A stretch of DNA of 64,000 nucleotides from an uncultured Gemmatimonadota bacterium (GTDB lineage: Bacteria > GCA-2686955). This document shows positions 45,892 through 56,058 of this stretch, one piece after another. The position numbers and the translations under genes were made by a program. The first letter of the stretch is position 1. Each line of letters opens with the position of its first letter. The stretch lies in the NCBI GenBank assembly GCA_964490075.1, contig CAZBBK010000023.1, positions 1 through 64,000 on the forward strand, given 5' to 3'. Below the pieces are notes generated by a model, which did no database searches, was not told the origin of the DNA, and saw only the letters and a list, made by a program, of their open reading frames with translations.

Positions 45892-48801
45892 TCAGAACCC
45901 GATCGTGAAGTCCAGCTCGAGACCGAAGCGCAGGCGATCGGCGAGCCGGCGGTGGTCGTTGGTCCAGGGCTCGTCGGCCCAGCTCATCCAGAGCGGCGCG
46001 ATCAGCTCCAGCGGTCCCGCGTGCAGCAGCAGACCCGCGTCGGCGAGGACACCTTGCTCCAGGTCGCTGGCCGCCGCGGCGTCGGCGAAGAGCGAGAGCG
46101 GCAGCAGCGGTAACGTGTGTTGCAGGTTGAGCCCCCAGGCCGCGGCGGTCGAGGCCTGCCCGTAGTAGCCGCGCAGCGCCGGCCCCTCCTCGATGAACTG
46201 TCGCGCGCCGAGCTGGAAAACGCCCGCCCCGGGCCCGCGGTCGAGCACCAGCGGCGAGTCGAAAGCCGGATCGACGCCGCCCGCCATGTGGGTGCGGTAC
46301 TGGGCTGGGATCGAATCGTCGACCAGGAACGATCCACCCCAGAGCCTGGCGCGCAGCCTGGCCCAGTCGGCCCAGCGCCAGCGGGCGCTGCCACGGGTGT
46401 GTGCCCGCAAAAAGCGCTGCTCGCCGAGACCGCCCGTGGCGCCCGCTGCCACGTGGTAGCGGAAGAAGGGCGAGCGGGCATCGCGCCAGCCCGCTTCGAG
46501 TGTCGCGACCTGGACCAGGCCTTCATCGTAGAGTCCGGGATTCAGAGCGCCGCCGCCGATGTCGGCGACTTGGTAGGCGAGATCGAGGGTGGTCGAGCGG
46601 CGCCACTCCAGGGGTGCGCGTCGCTGGGCGTGGAGCTCGACGCGACCGGCGTGGGTGTTCCAGATGCGGGACGCCGAGGCCGAGAGACGCAGCATGCGCT
46701 GGCCGAGGACGCGGTAGAAGTGCTGCCTAGCGGTCAGCTCTCCGACCAGCCGCTGGTGCCGAAAATCCCACTGCGGAGCCACCGAGAATCCTCCCCGGTG
46801 GGTCGGGATATGACCGCCGTAGAGCATCAGGCCCGGCGTCAGGCCGTTGTAGCGATTGGTGCCGATCCAGGGCAGCCAGTAGAGCTCGCGCTCGTTCATC
46901 TCCGGCTGGTCGACCAGCAGCTTGAGGCGGAAGCCGCGCGTCGATGCATGGTTGCTGCGATCGATGTCGGGCATGCGCTGGTCGGGATCGATGAGGACGC
47001 GCGCGGATCCGGATGCAGCCGGCACCAGGCGCGAGCCTTGGAAGCCGTCGACCCAGCGGCGCTCGATCTCCTCGCCGGCGGCATCGTAGAACGCGAGCTG
47101 CACCGGGCTCGCCAGCTTTCCCTGGTTGCGCAGCTCGACGCGGCCGTCGCGCAGCGGCCCGATGGCATAGTCGATCACCCCGGTGCCGGCGACACAGCCC
47201 TCGAAGAACCAGTCCAAGTTCTCGTCGACCTGGGCCTCGACGATGCGCCGGAAGGCGTCGGGACCGGGATGCTTGAACTTCCAGGTGTCGTAGTAGTCGT
47301 GCAGGATCGCCGCCATCCGGTCGTCACCCAGGTACTCGTGCAGGTAGCGCAGAACCGCCCCGGTCTTCACATAGACCATGGCGCCATAGTTGCGCAGGCG
47401 GTAGTCGACGGAGTGCAGATCGAGCGGCTGGTCGTCGCCCGGTATCGCCTGGATGGCGTAGCCCAGGTAGCCCATCACCCAGCGCAGCTGCAGGTCGTCG
47501 AGAATCCCACACTTCGACTGCAGCCTCTCGCTGAACTCGAACGCGCCGCCCTCGTGGTAGTGATCCCAGTAGCGGATGTCGGTGTAGTCGTTGAAGCCCT
47601 CGTCGAGCCAGGGATGGCGGCGCTCGTTGCTGGCCAGAATGCCGTAGAACCAGTTGTGCCCGACCTCGTGCTCGATGACCATCTCCAGGATGTCGTCGGA
47701 GGGGGCCTGCGAGATCACCGTGATATTGGGATACTCCATGCCGCCACCGGCGGAGAGGTCGCCGTCGACCGCGGTGATGTGGCCGTAGGGGTACTCGCCT
47801 ATGTTGTCGCTATACCAGTCACCGGCGCGCCGCAGATAGGTGATCGAGTCCTTCCAGCGTTCGGCGTTGTCGGGCAGGAAGAAGCTCCACAGAGTGATCT
47901 CTCGCGCCCCCTCGCCGCGCGGCAGAGTGCCCTTGCGTACGATCCAGTTTGGGTCGGCGAACCAGGCGAAATCGTGTACCCGGTCCTGGTGGAAGTGCAG
48001 GGTTTTCCGCCGCCCGCTTGGTGTCTCGTCGCCCGCCTGGGCGACCTCCTCGAAGGCCTCTTCGAGCTCTTCGATCGCGTCGTCGAAGGCGTCGTCCTCG
48101 AGCGCGCAGAGCGCCGCGCCCTCGGCCGCCAGCGAGTCGAGCCAGGCGATCTCGCCGGCGCCGTCGACCAGGTCTCCGGTGGCCATGACTCGGTACTCGG
48201 CCGGCAGCGTGATGCGCACGTCGAAGCTACCGAATTCGCTGTAGAACTCGCCCATGTTGAGATAGGGCATTGGGTGCCAGCCCTCGCGGTCGTAGACCGC
48301 CGGCTTCGGATACCACTGGGTGATCTCGTAGTGCTTGCCGGTATGCCCCAGGCGCGAGAACACCTCGGGCAGCTTCACCGTGAAGGGTGTCTCGATCTGC
48401 ACGGTCGAGTCCGGCGCCAGTGGCGCAGGGAGCAGCAGCTTGGCGACGTCGCTCCACTGCGGATGAGGCTCGAGCTCGGCCGCCACGCCGTCGACCTCGA
48501 AGTCGAGTCCGTCGATATGGCCGCGTGCATCGTCGTCGGCGAAGTGAAAGCGGGTTTGAAAATGCTCCAGGAACTGCCGGGCCAGCGCACTCTGGTCGTC
48601 GCGATAGGCGTTGGGCCAGAGATGGAACCAGAGGAAGTCGAGCGAGTCCGGGCTGTGGTTGGTGTAGCGGATCGTCTCGTTTGCCTCGAGGGTGTGCAAT
48701 GAGTCGTCGAGCACGACATCGATCCGGTAGTCGACGCGCTGCTGGAAGTAGTCGGCGGGAAGGGGGCCGGCGAATGTGGCGCAGGCGAGGAGCGAGAGCA
48801 T
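45892..48801 (-). CDS. Secreted M1 family metallo-aminopeptidase with C-terminal beta-strand-rich domain
   Basis: QWYPK..YD, VHDFAW, GGMEYP, HEVGHNWF (HEXXH), WLDEG, VYVK. Confidence 0.92.
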   Translation of the reverse strand: MLSLLACATFAGPLPADYFQQRVDYRIDVVLDDSLHTLEANETIRYTNHSPDSLDFLWFHLWPNAYRDDQSALARQFLEHFQTRFHFADDDARGHIDGLDFEVDGVAAELEPHPQWSDVAKLLLPAPLAPDSTVQIETPFTVKLPEVFSRLGHTGKHYEITQWYPKPAVYDREGWHPMPYLNMGEFYSEFGSFDVRITLPAEYRVMATGDLVDGAGEIAWLDSLAAEGAALCALEDDAFDDAIEELEEAFEEVAQAGDETPSGRRKTLHFHQDRVHDFAWFADPNWIVRKGTLPRGEGAREITLWSFFLPDNAERWKDSITYLRRAGDWYSDNIGEYPYGHITAVDGDLSAGGGMEYPNITVISQAPSDDILEMVIEHEVGHNWFYGILASNERRHPWLDEGFNDYTDIRYWDHYHEGGAFEFSERLQSKCGILDDLQLRWVMGYLGYAIQAIPGDDQPLDLHSVDYRLRNYGAMVYVKTGAVLRYLHEYLGDDRMAAILHDYYDTWKFKHPGPDAFRRIVEAQVDENLDWFFEGCVAGTGVIDYAIGPLRDGRVELRNQGKLASPVQLAFYDAAGEEIERRWVDGFQGSRLVPAASGSARVLIDPDQRMPDIDRSNHASTRGFRLKLLVDQPEMNERELYWLPWIGTNRYNGLTPGLMLYGGHIPTHRGGFSVAPQWDFRHQRLVGELTARQHFYRVLGQRMLRLSASASRIWNTHAGRVELHAQRRAPLEWRRSTTLDLAYQVADIGGGALNPGLYDEGLVQVATLEAGWRDARSPFFRYHVAAGATGGLGEQRFLRAHTRGSARWRWADWARLRARLWGGSFLVDDSIPAQYRTHMAGGVDPAFDSPLVLDRGPGAGVFQLGARQFIEEGPALRGYYGQASTAAAWGLNLQHTLPLLPLSLFADAAAASDLEQGVLADAGLLLHAGPLELIAPLWMSWADEPWTNDHRRLADRLRFGLELDFTIGF

Positions 48802-48883
48802 TTTCCGCCTGTGGTGGGAGTGAAGCGACGGGGACGTAATTCTACTACGGGACCCGCGGGCATCGGGATTCGTTCGCCTGCTC

Positions 48884-49717
48884 TCATGCCCGTGCCGTCA
48901 CGCCAAAGACCTGCCGCACCAGCGCCAGCAGGGCGATCGCGATTCCGAAGCAGACCACGACCGTGGCGCCGGTCGGCAGGTCGCCGTAGAAGGAGACCGC
49001 GCAGCCGGCGATGCTCACCGCCACTCCCACGAGGTAGCCGATCGCCAGCCGGGCGCGCAGACCCCGCGCGAAGAGCGCACCCGCCACCGCCGGCACGATC
49101 AGGAAGATGAAGACCAGGAGCACCCCGGCAATGGCCACCGAGCTGGTGACCACGAAGCCGAAGGAGACATAGAACAGGAAGTCCCACAGCCGTACCGGGA
49201 TCCCCGCGCGCTGGGCTGCCCGCCAACCCTGTCGCGAGATGGTCAGAAACTGGCGCCGAAAGAAGTAGTGGAAGAGGCCGACGCAGAGGTAGAGCAGTGC
49301 GGTGACGCCGATCTCCGGCCAGGTGACCCAGAGGATGTGACCGATCAGCAGGCTCTTCGCCTCTTCGGCGCCGTGCGGGAGCTCTTCGCCGACCAGGATG
49401 GTGCCGGCCGAGGCGACGGCGTAGACGATGCCGATGATCGCTTCCTGGGGGATCTGTGTGTTGCGGGTGCGGGTGGCGGCGAAGACCGCCGCGCCCAGAA
49501 AGGTGAAGGCCAGCCCCACCAGCTTGACGCCGAGACCGTGGGCATCGAGGCCGAAGAGCACGCCGACCATGGTGCCCAGGGCGGCGATCTGCGCCAACCC
49601 CAGATCGACGAAGATCACACCGCGCTCCAGCACGTGGATGCCGAGGTAGGCATGAAGGCCCACCAACACGATGCAGGCGGCGACGGCCGGCCCCATGAAG
49701 GTCAGAAGATCGGTCAC
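48884..49717 (-). CDS. Zn/Mn ABC transporter permease (ABC-3 family)
   Basis: HAYLGIHVLERGVIFVDLGLAQ, EAIIGIVY, GVLLVF.FLIVPA, LPTG; about 8 TM; GTGA overlap. Confidence 0.9.
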   Translation of the reverse strand: MTDLLTFMGPAVAACIVLVGLHAYLGIHVLERGVIFVDLGLAQIAALGTMVGVLFGLDAHGLGVKLVGLAFTFLGAAVFAATRTRNTQIPQEAIIGIVYAVASAGTILVGEELPHGAEEAKSLLIGHILWVTWPEIGVTALLYLCVGLFHYFFRRQFLTISRQGWRAAQRAGIPVRLWDFLFYVSFGFVVTSSVAIAGVLLVFIFLIVPAVAGALFARGLRARLAIGYLVGVAVSIAGCAVSFYGDLPTGATVVVCFGIAIALLALVRQVFGVTARA

Positions 49718-50658
49718 TGCGCGCTCCACCGCTGTGTTTCGAGCTCGCCGATCAGGTGCTCGAAGAGGTCGAAGTAGCTCTTGATGTGGTCTCGAGACCC
49801 GACCGCCGCGGGTAGCTCGAGGACCGGAACGCCGGCCTTCTTCGCCACCGCCTGGGCCGCCTTGGGGTCGACGAAGTCGGAGTGGATGACCAGCGCCGCC
49901 TCCTGCTCCTTGATGGTGGAGACCAGCTCGGCCAGGTGGCGCGGCGCGGGCGGGATGCCCGGCTTCTCCTCGATCAGGCCGACCCGTCGCAGTCCCATCC
50001 AGCGCAGCAGGTACTCCCATTGCTGGTGGTAGCAGGCCACGGGGCGGCCGCGAACATGCGCGAGGCGTTGCTCCCAGCCGGCGATCCGCGCATTCAGCTC
50101 GGCTTCGAAGCGCTGCAGATTGGCGGAATATGTCGGCTCGCCCTCGGGATCCAGCAGCGACAGACGCGCGGCGATGCCGCGGGCCATGATGGCGCCGTTG
50201 CGGGGGTCGAGGGTGTAGTGGGGGTTGCCGTCGGGATGGACATCACCCGCCGACCGCGAGACCTCGCCCCGCGGTATCTCCAGAACATCGATTCCGGCCG
50301 ACAGATCGAGATCGCCCCGTGTCCCCGGCATCACGTTGGGATTGCGGGCTCCTTGCAGCAGCAGCGGCAGCCAGCCGATCTCGAGCTGCAGGCCGTTGTA
50401 GGCGACCAGGTCGGCGCGGTTCAGCTGCACCATGTAGGAGGGTTTGGCGGCCACGTAGTGGGGATCCTGGTAGCCCTGTGCGATCGCGCGCACGGAAACT
50501 CTGTCTCCTCCGACGGCGCGCACCAGCGCGGCCACGTCCTGGGTGGTGGCCACGACATCGAGCTCGGCGGCACGCGCTGCCCCGGAACCGGTGAAGCCGG
50601 CCACCAGCAGCGCCAGCAACGAGCTCAGCGATCTGATCTTCGTGTGCAACGTACACAT
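49714..50658 (-). CDS. Zn/Mn ABC transporter substrate-binding protein (ZnuA/TroA family)
   Basis: Signal peptide; VVATT, QDPH, NGLQLE, DVHPDGNPHY.LDP, YH, EEKPGIPP. Confidence 0.92.
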   Translation of the reverse strand: MCTLHTKIRSLSSLLALLVAGFTGSGAARAAELDVVATTQDVAALVRAVGGDRVSVRAIAQGYQDPHYVAAKPSYMVQLNRADLVAYNGLQLEIGWLPLLLQGARNPNVMPGTRGDLDLSAGIDVLEIPRGEVSRSAGDVHPDGNPHYTLDPRNGAIMARGIAARLSLLDPEGEPTYSANLQRFEAELNARIAGWEQRLAHVRGRPVACYHQQWEYLLRWMGLRRVGLIEEKPGIPPAPRHLAELVSTIKEQEAALVIHSDFVDPKAAQAVAKKAGVPVLELPAAVGSRDHIKSYFDLFEHLIGELETQRWSAQ

Positions 50659-50679
50659 GACGTGTCTCCTCGGGCTCGA

Positions 50680-51822
50680 TCAGCGATAGGAGTGGGCGGG
50701 GTGTGAGCCGATGGTGATGGAGTACTGGAGGCGCAGCTCATGGGAATCCTCGACGCCGTTCTCGTTCTCGTGCTCGTCGTGCTCCTCCTCGGCCGGGCGA
50801 TGGGCGTAGAGCAGGCGCAGCGACTGATACTCGCTCGGCACGAAGGCGATCTGCAGCGCGCCCCCCGCGCGCAGGTCGGCGTCGTCCGACGAGGGCAGCC
50901 CCATCAGGTCGAGCCGGCCTTGCAGCCAGAACCGTCGCGACAGCTTCCAGGCGAGGGCGGAGTAGGCGCCCACCGTGGCATGGGAATCGGCGCCTGGCGC
51001 CTCCTCTCTGGCGAGCCGAATCAGCTCGCTCTGCCAGATGAGCTTCTTGCGATTGGCGCTGCGGGTCGGCGCCCACTGCAGCGTCAGATCGACGCCGCTC
51101 AGGTGGGTCCACCCGAGATCTTCGTTGCGACCCGATGACTGAGAGGCGGAGAGCTCCAGAGTGCCGCTCTCGCCCAGGTCCCACAGGTTGCGCAAACGGG
51201 TGAGATAGGCGAGATCTTCGTCGTTCGGCGAGTGAAAGAGGGTGCCCTCGCCGCCGTTGGTCAGCTGCGTGGTGAGCTCGGCGAAGTAGGGGAGCGGAGC
51301 GAGCCAGCTCAGCTCCAATCCGGCATCGCCGTGGATGTCGGCACCGACCGTGTGCTCGATGATCCACGGCGCGTCGGCGAAGAGGAAGTTGTGGAGATGC
51401 TGCGGCGCGTGCTTGCCGAAGGCCGGCTTGAGAACGCCGGCCCGGGCCCGCAGGCCGCGCGGCAGGTTCTCCAGGGTGGCGTGGCCCTCCTCGAGATCGA
51501 AGCCGTGTCCCGGCTCGAAGGCGAACACCAGGTCGGCGCGGGCGTAGGCATCGATGGCGCTGGTCATGCGGATCTCGGCTTCCTGGAGGCTCAGGCCGCG
51601 CGCCGGGGGGCCATGGTCGTGGGCGTCGTCTTCGTGCTCCTCCGCGCCCTCCTCTTCGTGCTCGCCCTCCTCGCCGCTCAGGTTGGAGGCCCGGCCCAGG
51701 AAGAGCGCGTTGACGCTGATGGCGGGGTTGAAGGCGCGGGAGATACCGGTGGCGGTGGCTGGTTGGGCGGCGGCCGACGAGGCGCCTGCCGCGAGCAACA
51801 GCATTATCGATAGATACATCAT
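50680..51822 (-). CDS. Putative metal-related outer-membrane beta-barrel protein
   Basis: Signal peptide; FNPAISV, His/Glu-rich loops, QEAE...AIDAY, amphipathic strands, C-terminus LQY..TIGSHPAH. Confidence 0.72.
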   Translation of the reverse strand: MMYLSIMLLLAAGASSAAAQPATATGISRAFNPAISVNALFLGRASNLSGEEGEHEEEGAEEHEDDAHDHGPPARGLSLQEAEIRMTSAIDAYARADLVFAFEPGHGFDLEEGHATLENLPRGLRARAGVLKPAFGKHAPQHLHNFLFADAPWIIEHTVGADIHGDAGLELSWLAPLPYFAELTTQLTNGGEGTLFHSPNDEDLAYLTRLRNLWDLGESGTLELSASQSSGRNEDLGWTHLSGVDLTLQWAPTRSANRKKLIWQSELIRLAREEAPGADSHATVGAYSALAWKLSRRFWLQGRLDLMGLPSSDDADLRAGGALQIAFVPSEYQSLRLLYAHRPAEEEHDEHENENGVEDSHELRLQYSITIGSHPAHSYR

Positions 51823-51987
51823 CTCAGGCTCCGAATCCCATGCCGCGCGGGCGCACGGCGCCGGTCGCGGCATGGTGGATCGATCTCGAATCGGGGCAGG
51901 CGTCGAGCGGCGCGAGCAATGGTCGGCGCCACGCTCGGCTCGCCTGCACTTGAGGGGCGAGGGAAAGCCCGCCCTAGTCGATCGGCA

Positions 51988-52401
51988 TCAGGCCGGGGGC
52001 GATTGCTTCGGGGCGAGACGGAAGAGCGCGATGGTCGCGTGCGTGCGCCGGCATGCGTCGGGCGCGGCATCGGGCGCGGGATGAGCCGATCGACTCGACT
52101 GGTTGGCGGCGGCGACCAGCATCTGGGCGCGCGGCACCGGCGCGAAAGGGCAATGATCGTGGCCGTGATCGTCTTCGGCCGGCTCGGTCCCGGCGATCCA
52201 CGGGCCGGCGCCCGATTCGGCGAATGGCGAATCCTCGTGCGCCGCGCCGCCGTGGACGATCTCGCCGTGCTCGGCGCAGTGGGTGTGCGAGATGGCGATG
52301 TAGTGGAGTGTGGGCCCGACGCTGGCCCAGACCATGAGCAGAGCCAGCAGCGTGGAGGCTGCCCGCGTTCGACTCGATCTGCGGCTGATTGATGAGGACA
52401 T
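51988..52401 (-). CDS. His/Cys-rich small membrane or exported protein upstream of the metal-uptake operon
   Basis: TM/signal helix, H..CAEHGE..H, HGHDHC, C-terminus LAPKQSPPA. Confidence 0.7.
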   Translation of the reverse strand: MSSSISRRSSRTRAASTLLALLMVWASVGPTLHYIAISHTHCAEHGEIVHGGAAHEDSPFAESGAGPWIAGTEPAEDDHGHDHCPFAPVPRAQMLVAAANQSSRSAHPAPDAAPDACRRTHATIALFRLAPKQSPPA

Positions 52402-52478
52402 GGGATCGGCTACCGGCTCATCCACGGAACATCCTACGTCCTTGCCTCGTTGCCTTCCAGTGCCCTTACTCTTGTTCC

Positions 52479-55400
52479 ATGATCTGGCCACTCTCCCCGA
52501 CCTTTCGCCCCCGCCGCCACGGACCCTCACTCCGGGCTCCTCTCGTCAACCTCCGCCGCGCCGCCCTGGCCGCCGCGTTGGCGCTCGCCGCGACCCGAAC
52601 GCACGCCGACTTCCCGGACGATCCCCCCAACGACCCGGACTGGGCTCGGGCGGAAGAGGCGTTTCCGGAAGGAGATTTCTGGGACCAGAGCTGGAAACAC
52701 TACAGCCAGAAGACTCTCTATGCTCCCCATCTTCCCCATCCGGGTGCGCGCACCGATCTGGCCTGGAAGCGCACCACCGGGCGCTGGGACGTGCCGATCG
52801 CCATCGTCGACTCGGGCGCCTACTGGGATCGGCCCGATGTCGTGGAGAAGTTGTGGCTGAACCCCGGCGAGCTGCCGGTGCCCGAGGTCGGCGCGGCCCG
52901 CACCGTCGCGGGAGTTGGACGCTCGCGCGAGATCGCTCGTCCGCTGCCCGCCGATCGTCCGCCGTCGACCGCCGAGCTGGCCGAGCGGCTGGAAGAGATG
53001 GGAATCGAGCTGGAAGGCGTCGCCGCCGCCGCGCTCGATCCCGAAGGCGACTTCAGCGGCGGCTGGCCGCCGCTTCCCTATGCCGCCGAGCAGGCCTACC
53101 TGGCTCGGCCCCTGGGCCGGCGGTCCCGCCAGCGCGCGCCTGCCGCGGCGCGTCCCCTTCCCCCCGGTCTGTCGCTCGGCGCCCACGACGTGAACGGAGA
53201 CGGTCGCTTCAACGTGCGTGACTACGACGGCGACCCACGGGTCGGCGACGTCAACGACAACGGCATCATCGATCCGCAGGATCTGATCCTGCTCTTCTCG
53301 GACGGCGTCGACGACGACGGCAACGGCTACCAAGACGATATCTCCGGGTGGGATTTCTGGGAGCGCGACAACGACGCTTACGACGACACCCGCTTCGGTC
53401 ACGGCAACGGCGGGGCGCACGACTCCGCGGCCGAAGGAAACAACGCCATCGGCGGCATCGGCTCTTGCCCAGACTGCTCGGTGATTCAGCTGCGGGTGGC
53501 CGACAGTTTCATCGCCGACGGCAACGACGTGGCGCTTGCTTTCGCCTACGCCGCCGACATCGGCGCCCGGGTGATCGGTTCGTCATTGGGCGCTCTGTCG
53601 AATCCGCGGGCGGCGCGCGATGCGCTGGTCTACGCGACCGAGCAAGGAATCGTCACGGTCGCCAGCTTCGCCGACGAGAACAGCATCCACCACAATCTGC
53701 CCACCCTCTACGACCAGACCATCGCCACCAGCGCGATCGGTGCCGACAACGTCAACGTGGGTGAGGTACTGCCTTTCACCAGCTTCGAGGCCAAGAACAA
53801 CTGCACCAACTATGGCGCGCGGCTGGACCTGCTGATCCCGGCGCAGTACTGCTCTTCGGAAGCGACGGCCACCGCCGCCGGTCATCTCGGTCTCTTGATC
53901 AGCTACGCCGAGGACCTGGTCGCGCGCGGTCGGCTCGATCGCTCGCTCAGCGTCAACGAGGCGAAGCAGGTGGTGCTGCAGACGGCGAACGACGTCAATC
54001 CACTGCCCTTGCCCTGGCGCTGGCCGGGCGGCCCGAGATGGGACCAAGTGCACGGCTACGGCCGGATCGACATGGAGGCCGCCCTGGCGTGTGTGGCGAA
54101 CGAGACGATTCCGCCGGAGGTCGACATCGGTGCGCCCGGCTGGTTCGTGACGATCGATCCGGGCAGCGACGCCCCGCTCGAGATCGTCGGGCGGATCGCC
54201 GCCGAACGATCGTCCGGCTACCAGTACGATCTGCGCTGGGGATGGGGGGTCTGCCCGAGACGCTGGCACACCATCACCGAGTCGCCCTGGTTGGGGGCTC
54301 CGACCGAGGGCGTGCTCGGCACCTGGCGCATGCACGATCTGCGTCGCAAACGCTCGCGCGGAGTCGCCGATCGACCGAACCGTTTCGCGCTCACTCTGTG
54401 GGCGCGGGCCTGGGACGCCGGTGGAATTCTGGGCGAGGATCGGGTACAGATTTTCCTCCACGAGGACCCCGATCTGCACGTCGCGTTTCCGGTCGAGCTC
54501 GGCGCTTCCGGCGAGTCGCCGCCGCTCTTCGCCGATCTCGACGGCGACGGCGCGGATGAAATCGTGGTGGCCACGGCCGACGGCTGGGTGCACGCCCTGA
54601 ACGCGGGCGGCGATGAGCTGCCCGGCTTTCCGCTGCGCACCCGCCTGCAGCCCGAGTCCGATCCCGCCGATCCCGGCAACCACCTCGACGCCGCCGCTTT
54701 CGCGTCGGGCGCCGTGCCGCCGATCCACGGCGGCGTGGAAGGCGCTGTGTCGTGCGCCGATCTCGATGCCGACGGAACGCTAGAGCTGGTGGCGGCCACG
54801 CTCGATGGCTGGGTCGAGGTGTGGGGGAGAGACGGCGCACCGCGACCCGGCTTTCCGGTGCGCACCGATCCCGAACTGTCGCGGATCCGCTCACCGTCGC
54901 GGATCATCGACGACGGGATCGGCGGGGCGCCGGTGCTTGCCGATCTGGACGGCGACGGCACGCGCGAGATTCTGGTCGGGGCCTTCGATGGACATCTCTA
55001 CGCCTGGCACCACGACGGCGCCGCGATGTCGGGCTTCCCCTTGCCGGTTCTCGACGAATCCGAAGACGAGCCCACGCCATCGCGCATCATTTCGACACCG
55101 GCCGTGGGCGACCTCGACGGCGACGGCCAGGTCGAGATCGTGGTCGGCAGCAACGAGGTCTATCGCAACATCGGGCGCCTGCACGCGCTCGAGATCGATG
55201 GACAGGCGCTTCCCGGCTGGCCGGTGGAGCCGCTGGGGTTCTACGCCGATCTGCTGCGCTGGATCGGACGCGGCATTCCCAGCTCGCCGGTGCTGGCCGA
55301 TGTGACCGCCGACGGCACGCTCGAAGTCGTCGTGAGCTCGATTCTGGGTCGGACCTACGTCTATGAGACCGATGGTCGCGAGATCGCCGAGACCGACGTG

Positions 55401-55997
55401 GCGCGCATCGGACCGTTCAGCGAGAGCCTCGATATTCCGACGCTTTCACACTTGAACAGTGTCGCGGTCGGCGACATGGACGGCGACGGGACGCTCGATG
55501 TGGCCGGTGCGGGGGCCGGATTCCGCTGGGCATTGTCGCAGCTCTTCGCCGGTTACTACGTTCCCCACGACTACCACGCCACGCTGCACGATTTGTCCAC
55601 CGGGGAGTTTCATCCGCATTTTCCACGCGCCATCGACGGACACACTTTTCTGGGGAACCCGGCGCTCGCCGATCTAGACGGCGACGATCAACCCGAGATG
55701 GTGCTGGGCAGCGGCGCCTACCTGCTGCACGCCTTCGACCACCGCGGGCGGGAGCCCCAAGGCTGGCCGAAGGGGACCGGCGGCTGGGTGATCGCGGCGC
55801 CGGCGATCGGCGATCTGGATGGCGACGGCCGCTTCGACGTGGCGGCGGTGACGCGCGAGGGATGGCTCTGGGCCTGGCGCGCGAGCGGACCGGCCGGCGC
55901 CGAGAGCGCGCCCTGGCCGACCTTCCACCACGACCCGGCGCGCACCGGGAACCTGCGGGAGGCGACGCGGGTCGAGGGGCGGCGATTGTTACGTTAG
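52479..55997 (+). CDS. Secreted S8 (subtilisin-like) serine peptidase with FG-GAP repeats
   Basis: IAIVDSG, DDDGNGYQDDISGWDF, FGHG, CSSEA; many DLDGDG repeats with G(F/W)P; start uncertain. Confidence 0.82.
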   Translation: MIWPLSPTFRPRRHGPSLRAPLVNLRRAALAAALALAATRTHADFPDDPPNDPDWARAEEAFPEGDFWDQSWKHYSQKTLYAPHLPHPGARTDLAWKRTTGRWDVPIAIVDSGAYWDRPDVVEKLWLNPGELPVPEVGAARTVAGVGRSREIARPLPADRPPSTAELAERLEEMGIELEGVAAAALDPEGDFSGGWPPLPYAAEQAYLARPLGRRSRQRAPAAARPLPPGLSLGAHDVNGDGRFNVRDYDGDPRVGDVNDNGIIDPQDLILLFSDGVDDDGNGYQDDISGWDFWERDNDAYDDTRFGHGNGGAHDSAAEGNNAIGGIGSCPDCSVIQLRVADSFIADGNDVALAFAYAADIGARVIGSSLGALSNPRAARDALVYATEQGIVTVASFADENSIHHNLPTLYDQTIATSAIGADNVNVGEVLPFTSFEAKNNCTNYGARLDLLIPAQYCSSEATATAAGHLGLLISYAEDLVARGRLDRSLSVNEAKQVVLQTANDVNPLPLPWRWPGGPRWDQVHGYGRIDMEAALACVANETIPPEVDIGAPGWFVTIDPGSDAPLEIVGRIAAERSSGYQYDLRWGWGVCPRRWHTITESPWLGAPTEGVLGTWRMHDLRRKRSRGVADRPNRFALTLWARAWDAGGILGEDRVQIFLHEDPDLHVAFPVELGASGESPPLFADLDGDGADEIVVATADGWVHALNAGGDELPGFPLRTRLQPESDPADPGNHLDAAAFASGAVPPIHGGVEGAVSCADLDADGTLELVAATLDGWVEVWGRDGAPRPGFPVRTDPELSRIRSPSRIIDDGIGGAPVLADLDGDGTREILVGAFDGHLYAWHHDGAAMSGFPLPVLDESEDEPTPSRIISTPAVGDLDGDGQVEIVVGSNEVYRNIGRLHALEIDGQALPGWPVEPLGFYADLLRWIGRGIPSSPVLADVTADGTLEVVVSSILGRTYVYETDGREIAETDVARIGPFSESLDIPTLSHLNSVAVGDMDGDGTLDVAGAGAGFRWALSQLFAGYYVPHDYHATLHDLSTGEFHPHFPRAIDGHTFLGNPALADLDGDDQPEMVLGSGAYLLHAFDHRGREPQGWPKGTGGWVIAAPAIGDLDGDGRFDVAAVTREGWLWAWRASGPAGAESAPWPTFHHDPARTGNLREATRVEGRRLLR

Positions 55998-56058
55998 GGT
56001 CCACGCAGGAGGGACTTCCTGGTTCCCGATCTCTACCGCATCCGCGCACTCCGCCTCG

